A stretch of DNA of 32,000 bases, taken from Aliivibrio fischeri ES114. Lineage in GTDB: Bacteria > Pseudomonadota > Gammaproteobacteria > Enterobacterales > Vibrionaceae. Under the pieces are notes generated by a model. That model was not told where the DNA came from. It saw only the letters and a program-made list of their open reading frames with translations, and did not search any database. The stretch lies in assembly GCF_000011805.1 (NCBI RefSeq), contig NC_006841.2; one strand, written 5' to 3'. Each line of letters opens with the position of its first letter. Within the stretch, counting starts at the first letter, position 1. Of the stretch, positions 26,145-32,000 are shown piece by piece. The translations under genes were made by a program, and so were the position numbers.

Positions 26145-27248
26145 TTAATTAGCCGGGTAGATTACACCTAAACTCGCATAACGAGAAGCACCTGTCACAT
26201 CAGGTTCATTACTTGGCAAGCCATGAATTCTTTGATGAGCAAGCCATGCAAAGGCCATTGCTTCCATATTGTCACTATCTACATTGTAGTCGTTAGTGGT
26301 GGAAACTGCCCAATTAGGTAAATGATATTGCAGCCGTTCCATTAAAAACTGGTTATGAGCTCCGCCACCACAGACTAATAGCTTAGTGTCATTGCCAACT
26401 TGGAATCGGATCACTTGATCAACAATAGTTGTCACGGTGAATTCTAATAGCGTTGCTTGAACATCTTGTGGTTGATACGGTTTATTTTCGATGTATTGTG
26501 CAAACCAATCTAAATTAAACAGCTCTCGTCCGGTGCTTTTCGGGTATGGGCGCGCAAAATAATCGTGTGTTTTTAGCTGGTTGAGCAGCTCATCTATAAT
26601 TTGACCAGAACGAGCCCATGCGCCATCTTTATCGTAACTTTCCCCTTTATGCTCAGTAATCCATGAATCCATCAACATATTGCCAGGGCCTGTGTCATAA
26701 CCAATAACAGGAGAGTCTTTTTGTAAAATAGAGATATTAGAGATACCGCCAATATTTAGAATTACATTGGTGCTCTCTGGCTTTCCAAATAAAGTGTTAT
26801 GAAAAGCAGGAACTAAAGGTGCTCCTTGGCCTCCTAATGCCATGTCTTTTCTACGAAAATCGGCAACCGTATCAATACCTGTTTTTGCAGCAATAATATT
26901 GCTATCACCAAGTTGCATAGTGAAAGGGTATTCTGCATCAGGTGAGTGAAACACCGTTTGACCATGACTGCCAATCGCAGTGATGTCAGAGGAGGCAATA
27001 TTTAAAGTACTCAGTAAATGCAGAGTTGCTTCAGCAAAAAGATGACCAAGACGATGATCTATTTCACCAATCACTTTTAAATTGGTTTGTTGTCCCGTGC
27101 ATACAGCAAGTAAATCCGCTTTTAGTTGTGGATCCATAGGATAATCAGCATGACCAAGTAGATTGATTGTTGTACCGTTAGTCTCAACGATGACGGCATC
27201 CACACCATCTAAACTGGTTCCAGACATTAAGCCAATGTATTTTTCCAT
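26145..27248 (-). CDS. anmK: Anhydro-N-acetylmuramic acid kinase
   Basis: MEKYIGLMSGTSLDGVDAVIVE, GSHGQTVFHSP, NIGGISNISIL, GYDTGPGNMLMD. Confidence 0.96.
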   Translation of the reverse strand: MEKYIGLMSGTSLDGVDAVIVETNGTTINLLGHADYPMDPQLKADLLAVCTGQQTNLKVIGEIDHRLGHLFAEATLHLLSTLNIASSDITAIGSHGQTVFHSPDAEYPFTMQLGDSNIIAAKTGIDTVADFRRKDMALGGQGAPLVPAFHNTLFGKPESTNVILNIGGISNISILQKDSPVIGYDTGPGNMLMDSWITEHKGESYDKDGAWARSGQIIDELLNQLKTHDYFARPYPKSTGRELFNLDWFAQYIENKPYQPQDVQATLLEFTVTTIVDQVIRFQVGNDTKLLVCGGGAHNQFLMERLQYHLPNWAVSTTNDYNVDSDNMEAMAFAWLAHQRIHGLPSNEPDVTGASRYASLGVIYPAN

Positions 27249-27420
27249 GTATATACTCCATAACTACGGATTTATTAACGGTTTTATTGTGCCATAAAGT
27301 CATAAGATTATATCTATATTACTCACACTATTGACATAAAATTGCCATATATGAGATTTCAAAATGATAACGAGCATGATACTTTAAGCCTATAAAAATT
27401 AAGATGATTTGGAGAATGCT

Positions 27421-28416
27421 ATGGGCCCGTTATGGCTAGATGTTGAAGGATATGAGATTGATGCAGAAGAGCGTGAGTTACTTCAGCACCCAACTGTTGG
27501 GGGATTGATTTTATTTGCTCGAAATTATCATGATCCAAAACAGTTAGCGGCACTGACTGCATCCATTCGTAAAGCAGCAGGTCGACCAATTCTTATCGGT
27601 GTCGATCAAGAAGGTGGACGTGTTCAGCGCTTTAGAGATGAGTTTACTCTTATTCCACCAGCACAAGCCTATGCTGAAATGGATAACGGACTTGAACTGG
27701 CTAAAACGGCGGGTTGGTTATTATGTGCAGAGCTAGTCGCTCATGATATTGACCTTACTTTTGCTCCAGTTTTAGATAATGGATTTGATTGTAAAGCTAT
27801 TGGTAATCGTGCTTTTGGCGATGACATTAATACCATTGTTAAGTACAGCACAGCATTCATGCAAGGTATGAAATCGGCAGGAACCTCAACGACTGGTAAA
27901 CATTTCCCTGGTCATGGTGGTGTTATTGCTGATTCGCATCTAGAAACACCTTACGATAACCGTAACAATATTTTTGAGCTTGATATGGCAATCTTTAAAG
28001 CTCAAATTGAAGCGGGAATTTTAGATGCAATGATGCCTGCTCATGTTATTTATCCTGAATACGATTCATCACCAGCAAGTGGGTCATCATATTGGTTAAA
28101 AGACGTGCTTCGTAAGCAACTTAGCTTCAATGGTTTAGTCTTTTCAGATGATCTAAGCATGGAAGGGGCAACTATCATGGGTGGTCCAGCAGAGCGCTCT
28201 CAACAAGCGTTAGATGCTGGCTGTGATATGGTATTGATGTGTAATAACCGTAAGTCAGCGGTAGAAGTATTGGATAATCTTGCTATTCAGTCAGTAGCTA
28301 AAGCGGATGCATTATTAAAAACACAGCATTTTGATAGAAAAACATTGCTAGGCACAAGAGAGTGGAAAGAAGCGAATGAGCTTATCACTCGTGCTTATGA
28401 TGGTTGGAAATCATAG
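27421..28416 (+). CDS. nagZ: Beta-N-acetylhexosaminidase
   Basis: [65 protein letters not shown] 27421 has GGAG 7 nt upstream. Confidence 0.97.
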   Translation: MGPLWLDVEGYEIDAEERELLQHPTVGGLILFARNYHDPKQLAALTASIRKAAGRPILIGVDQEGGRVQRFRDEFTLIPPAQAYAEMDNGLELAKTAGWLLCAELVAHDIDLTFAPVLDNGFDCKAIGNRAFGDDINTIVKYSTAFMQGMKSAGTSTTGKHFPGHGGVIADSHLETPYDNRNNIFELDMAIFKAQIEAGILDAMMPAHVIYPEYDSSPASGSSYWLKDVLRKQLSFNGLVFSDDLSMEGATIMGGPAERSQQALDAGCDMVLMCNNRKSAVEVLDNLAIQSVAKADALLKTQHFDRKTLLGTREWKEANELITRAYDGWKS

Positions 28417-28444
28417 CCAAATATCGTTATTTGGATGAAATAAA

Positions 28445-28479
28445 AAAGCCCCGATGTTGATTTAACAGCGGGGCTTTTA
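28445..28479. terminator. Rho-independent terminator between convergent nagZ and pykF
   Basis: AAAAGCCCCG / CGGGGCTTTT stem. Confidence 0.92.
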
Positions 28480-28496
28480 TTTTATGCGATGTTTAA

Positions 28497-29942
28497 TTAC
28501 TCAACAGTAATAATACGCATACAGTTTGTTGAACCAACGATGTCCATAACGTCACCTTGAGTGATGATTACTTGGTCGCCAGTTGATAGTAAACCTTTAG
28601 ATTTTAGCGTGTTGATTGCAGCATAAGTTGATGGAAGACCTGAATCGGCTTTCTCATCAAAGAATACTGGAGTCACACCACGGTAAAGCGCTGCACGGTT
28701 TAGCGTACCTTCGTTGCGAGATAGAGCAAAGATAGGTAGACCAGAACTTAGACGAGACATCATAAGTGGAGTACGACCAGACTCTGTAAGTGTGATCATC
28801 GCTGTGATGCCTTCCATGTGGTTTGCTGCATACATAGTAGACATTGCAATTGTTTCTTCTGGTGTCGTGAAGCGACGGTCTAAACGGTGGTTAGATACGT
28901 TAACTGTAGGTACTTTTTCAGCACCCATACAAACGCCAGCCATTGAAGTTACTGTTTCAACAGGGAAGTCACCAGCCGCTGTTTCAGCAGAAAGCATTAC
29001 CGCATCTGTACCATCAAGAACGGCGTTAGCAACGTCCATTACTTCAGCACGAGTAGGCATTGGGCTAGAAATCATTGATTCCATCATTTGTGTTGCAGTA
29101 ATAACCGTACGGTTAAGACTACGAGCACGACGGATTAGTTGCTTTTGAACACCAACTAGCTCTGGATCGCCAATTTCAACACCTAGGTCACCACGTGCAA
29201 CCATAACAACATCAGATGCAAGGATGATGTCATCCAGTGCTTCTTCAGACGCTACCGTTTCAGCACGTTCAACTTTAGCAACTAATTGCGCTTCAAGACC
29301 TGCATCACGAGCTAGACGACGAGCGTAGTTCATGTCTTCGCCGTTACGTGGGAAAGAAACCGCTAGGTAATCAACTTTCATTGCAGCAGCTGTAATGATG
29401 TCAGCTTTGTCTTTTTCAGTTAGTGCGTCAGCAGAAAGGCCACCACCTTGTTTGTTGATGCCTTTATTGTTTGATAGAGGACCAGCAACTGTTACTTCTG
29501 TGTGTACTTTGTTGCCTTCAACAGCAGTTACACGAAGTTGTACACGGCCGTCATCAAGAAGAAGAACGTCGCCAGTAGTTACATCTTGAGGCAGTTCTTT
29601 GTAATCAAGGCCAACAGAGTCTTGATTACCTTCACCTTTAGGTAAATCGCTATCTAGCGTGAATTTATCACCAATAGCTAATTGGATTTTACCTTCTTTA
29701 AACGTAGAAACACGGATTTTAGGACCTTGTAAGTCACCTAGAATAGCAACGTGAGTACCAAGTTTTGCTGCGATTTCACGAACTTTGCGTGTACGCTCAA
29801 TGTGATCTTCTGGGCTACCGTGAGAGAAGTTCATACGAACAACGTTTGCACCAGCGGCAATGATTTTTTCTAGGTTATTATCACGATCTGTTGCAGGGCC
29901 AAGAGTGGTAACGATTTTTGTTCTACGTAGTCTGTTAGACAT
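28497..29942 (-). CDS. pykF: Pyruvate kinase
   Basis: [53 protein letters not shown]. Confidence 0.96.
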   Translation of the reverse strand: MSNRLRRTKIVTTLGPATDRDNNLEKIIAAGANVVRMNFSHGSPEDHIERTRKVREIAAKLGTHVAILGDLQGPKIRVSTFKEGKIQLAIGDKFTLDSDLPKGEGNQDSVGLDYKELPQDVTTGDVLLLDDGRVQLRVTAVEGNKVHTEVTVAGPLSNNKGINKQGGGLSADALTEKDKADIITAAAMKVDYLAVSFPRNGEDMNYARRLARDAGLEAQLVAKVERAETVASEEALDDIILASDVVMVARGDLGVEIGDPELVGVQKQLIRRARSLNRTVITATQMMESMISSPMPTRAEVMDVANAVLDGTDAVMLSAETAAGDFPVETVTSMAGVCMGAEKVPTVNVSNHRLDRRFTTPEETIAMSTMYAANHMEGITAMITLTESGRTPLMMSRLSSGLPIFALSRNEGTLNRAALYRGVTPVFFDEKADSGLPSTYAAINTLKSKGLLSTGDQVIITQGDVMDIVGSTNCMRIITVE

Positions 29943-30043
29943 ATAATCTCCAAAGTGGATGTTGTTTTATTTTTCCTATGCTTAAACATATATCGGCAAT
30001 AGTGACAATACCATGACTCAAACAGGGTAAATGTAAAAAATTC

Positions 30044-30724
30044 TCACGCAATCGCTAAATATTTGTGCGTTTGAATAGAAAGTCGCCAATTTCTTTTGAT
30101 ACACGTTTCAATACAAAGTTCGGTAGCTCTTGGTTTTTGGCTAATTGGCTGAAGAGCGATAGTGACATCTTCGAGTAACTCAACACCTTCTAATAATGCA
30201 TCAAGTTGTTCAATATCTTTTGTTGTACCAACTGGATGTTTAATCTCATTTGCACGAGATAGGGCGACTGGCAGAACTGGTAATTTGCCTTTCATGTTGA
30301 TTTTTGGTGACACTGTCACCCAAGTGTCGTCTGAAGCAAGAATAGGGTAAGTGCCACTGGTTTCTATCTGGCAGCGATAACCGTGTTGCTCTAGTTCTTG
30401 AGTCAATGAAGTCAGATCATACATACATGGTTCACCACCAGTAATCACCATGTGCTTTGCGGTATAACCTTGATTTTCCAACATTTCAATTATTTGAGTG
30501 CTCGACAGTTCCGTCCAACTAGGGGTATCTTCCGTTTTGGCTAAAATGGTCTGTAAATCTGTTTTATCACTTAATTCAACATCCCAAGTTTGCTTTGTAT
30601 CACACCAAGAACAACCAACAGGGCAACCTTGTAAGCGTAAAAATATAGATGGAACACCGGTAAATGTTCCTTCGCCTTGAATGGTCTCGAATAACTCGTT
30701 AATTTTAAATAATGGTGCTGACAT
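30044..30724 (-). CDS. queE: 7-carboxy-7-deazaguanine synthase, radical SAM
   Basis: INELFETIQGEGTFTGVPSIFLRLQGCPVGCSWCDTKQTW, VITGGEPCMY. ATG start at 30724 preferred over the track's TTG at 30739. Confidence 0.93.
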   Translation of the reverse strand: MSAPLFKINELFETIQGEGTFTGVPSIFLRLQGCPVGCSWCDTKQTWDVELSDKTDLQTILAKTEDTPSWTELSSTQIIEMLENQGYTAKHMVITGGEPCMYDLTSLTQELEQHGYRCQIETSGTYPILASDDTWVTVSPKINMKGKLPVLPVALSRANEIKHPVGTTKDIEQLDALLEGVELLEDVTIALQPISQKPRATELCIETCIKRNWRLSIQTHKYLAIA

Positions 30725-30810
30725 AATTATTTTACTCAAATAAAAAACTATAAAATTTGGCGTTAAAATTCGTTGTGAAGTCGCATTTTTCGTAAATATT
30801 TCATAATCTT

Positions 30811-30826
30811 CGTGATAGATATCACG
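30811..30826. promoter_or_regulatory. Candidate CRP binding site in the queE-mlc intergenic region
   Basis: CGTGA-TAGATA-TCACG matches the GTGA-N6-TCAC core. Confidence 0.5.
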
Positions 30827-30907
30827 TAGGCAAATACTTAAGCTTCACAATTTGTTCGCAAAGTAAAAAAATTCAATTAATTGATATATTTTTTACTGGA
30901 GATACGT

Positions 30908-32000
30908 ATGTACGTGGCCCAACCCGGACACATTGATCATTTAAAACAAGTAAATGCGGGCCGGGTGTATAAGTTAATTGACCAACTTGGCCCTATCTCG
31001 CGCATCGATCTTTCTAAAGAGAGTAATCTAGCGCCGGCTAGTATTACCAAAATCACACGCGAACTTCTTGACGCACACCTTATCAAAGAAACTCAAGTAC
31101 AAGAAGCAAATAGTCGTGGTAGACCGGCAATTGGCCTTGAAGTGGACAATGAAGGCTGGCAATTCTTATCTCTTCGATTAGGTCGTGGTTACTTAACTAT
31201 CGCTTTGCACAGTCTTGGTGGAGAGCAACTCATAGAAGAAAGACAGTTAATTAAAGAGATTGAGCAAGATGAGTTACTTGCCAAGTTATTAAATGAAATT
31301 AACGTGTTCTTTCAAAAGCATTCTAAGATTTTGGGACGAATTACCAGCATTGCGGTGTCATTACCGGGATTAGTCATTTCTTCACAAGGTTTGATCATTC
31401 AAATGCCTCACTACAATGTGAAAAATTTACCATTGGGCCCTAAGATCTATGAATCTACAGGCTTACCAGTATTTATTGGTAACGATACAAGGAGTTGGGC
31501 ATTAGCTGAAAAATTGTTTGGTAATTCAAAAAACATCGACAACTCTATCTTAGTCTCTATTCACCATGGTGTAGGTGCCGGCATCATTATGAATGGGGAA
31601 GTGCTGCAAGGTAGAACAGGCAATATTGGTGAAATGGGACACATCAAGATCAACAAACTTGGTGCTCGTTGTCATTGTGGTAATACAGGTTGCTTAGAAA
31701 CCGTAGCAAGTGCAAAGGCGATTCGTGATCAAGTAAAAAACTTGATTAATAATGGTCATCAAACCGTCTTGAAAGATCAGACGATTACGATTGAAAACAT
31801 TTGTCTTGCCGCAAACCAAGGTGATGTATTAGCAAAACAAGTCATTACTGAGCTTGGACATAATTTGGGTGAAGCCATAGCTATTATGGTCAATCTATTT
31901 AACCCAGAAATGATATTGATAGGTGGGGAAATTAACCTTTCGAAAGACATTTTGTACCCAATTATCATGGATTCTATTCAAAACCAAGTATTGCCACTAT
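30908..32000 (+). CDS. mlc: ROK-family repressor Mlc, 3'-truncated by window edge
   Basis: QPGHIDHLKQVNAGRVYKLIDQLGPISRIDLSKESNLAPASITKITRELLDAHLI and zinc motif GARCHCGNTGCLE. Frame still open at the window end. Confidence 0.93.
   Translation, partial: MYVAQPGHIDHLKQVNAGRVYKLIDQLGPISRIDLSKESNLAPASITKITRELLDAHLIKETQVQEANSRGRPAIGLEVDNEGWQFLSLRLGRGYLTIALHSLGGEQLIEERQLIKEIEQDELLAKLLNEINVFFQKHSKILGRITSIAVSLPGLVISSQGLIIQMPHYNVKNLPLGPKIYESTGLPVFIGNDTRSWALAEKLFGNSKNIDNSILVSIHHGVGAGIIMNGEVLQGRTGNIGEMGHIKINKLGARCHCGNTGCLETVASAKAIRDQVKNLINNGHQTVLKDQTITIENICLAANQGDVLAKQVITELGHNLGEAIAIMVNLFNPEMILIGGEINLSKDILYPIIMDSIQNQVLPL

Noticed and set aside
28714-29589. Plus-strand ORFs opposite pykF
   Set aside because: Antisense to pykF, generated by codon bias of a highly expressed gene.
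30162-30680. Plus-strand ORFs opposite queE
   Set aside because: Antisense to queE with no supporting features.

Overview
The window looks like a Vibrionaceae chromosome (Aliivibrio-like by gene content; inference only). Housekeeping genes flank a co-directional accessory block at about 4.3-14.3 kb. Left flank: 3' part of pgl, gnd, a DedA-family gene, and an outer-membrane beta-barrel gene. Right flank: gltS, a stand-alone rodA/mrdB-type gene, two overlapping tandem RluA-family pseudouridine synthase paralogs, an RRM RNA-binding protein, a porin, a FhuF-like iron reductase, a LysR regulator divergent from two tandem DUF1254/DUF1214-type genes, anmK, nagZ, pykF, queE, and the 5' part of mlc. 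The accessory block appears to be two transcription units. Unit 1 encodes a membrane-anchored ToxR-like winged-helix regulator with an overlapping small membrane/periplasmic partner, an EAL-PAS-GGDEF protein, and a CHASE-GGDEF protein. Unit 2 encodes a zinc-ribbon (TackOD1-like) protein whose C-terminal GGDEF is degenerate but keeps an RxxD I-site. It is translationally coupled to a processive GT2 synthase, followed by a HlyD-like adaptor, a small unknown protein and a chemoreceptor. I propose this as a candidate c-di-GMP-gated surface polysaccharide system, loosely analogous to PelD/Alg44 logic. A second notable signal is a 60-bp element (50/60 identical, 21 nt exact) about 50 bp upstream of both the dedA-like and gltS start codons, which overlaps a large inverted repeat at gltS. 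All calls are from reading the sequence; no database searches were run.
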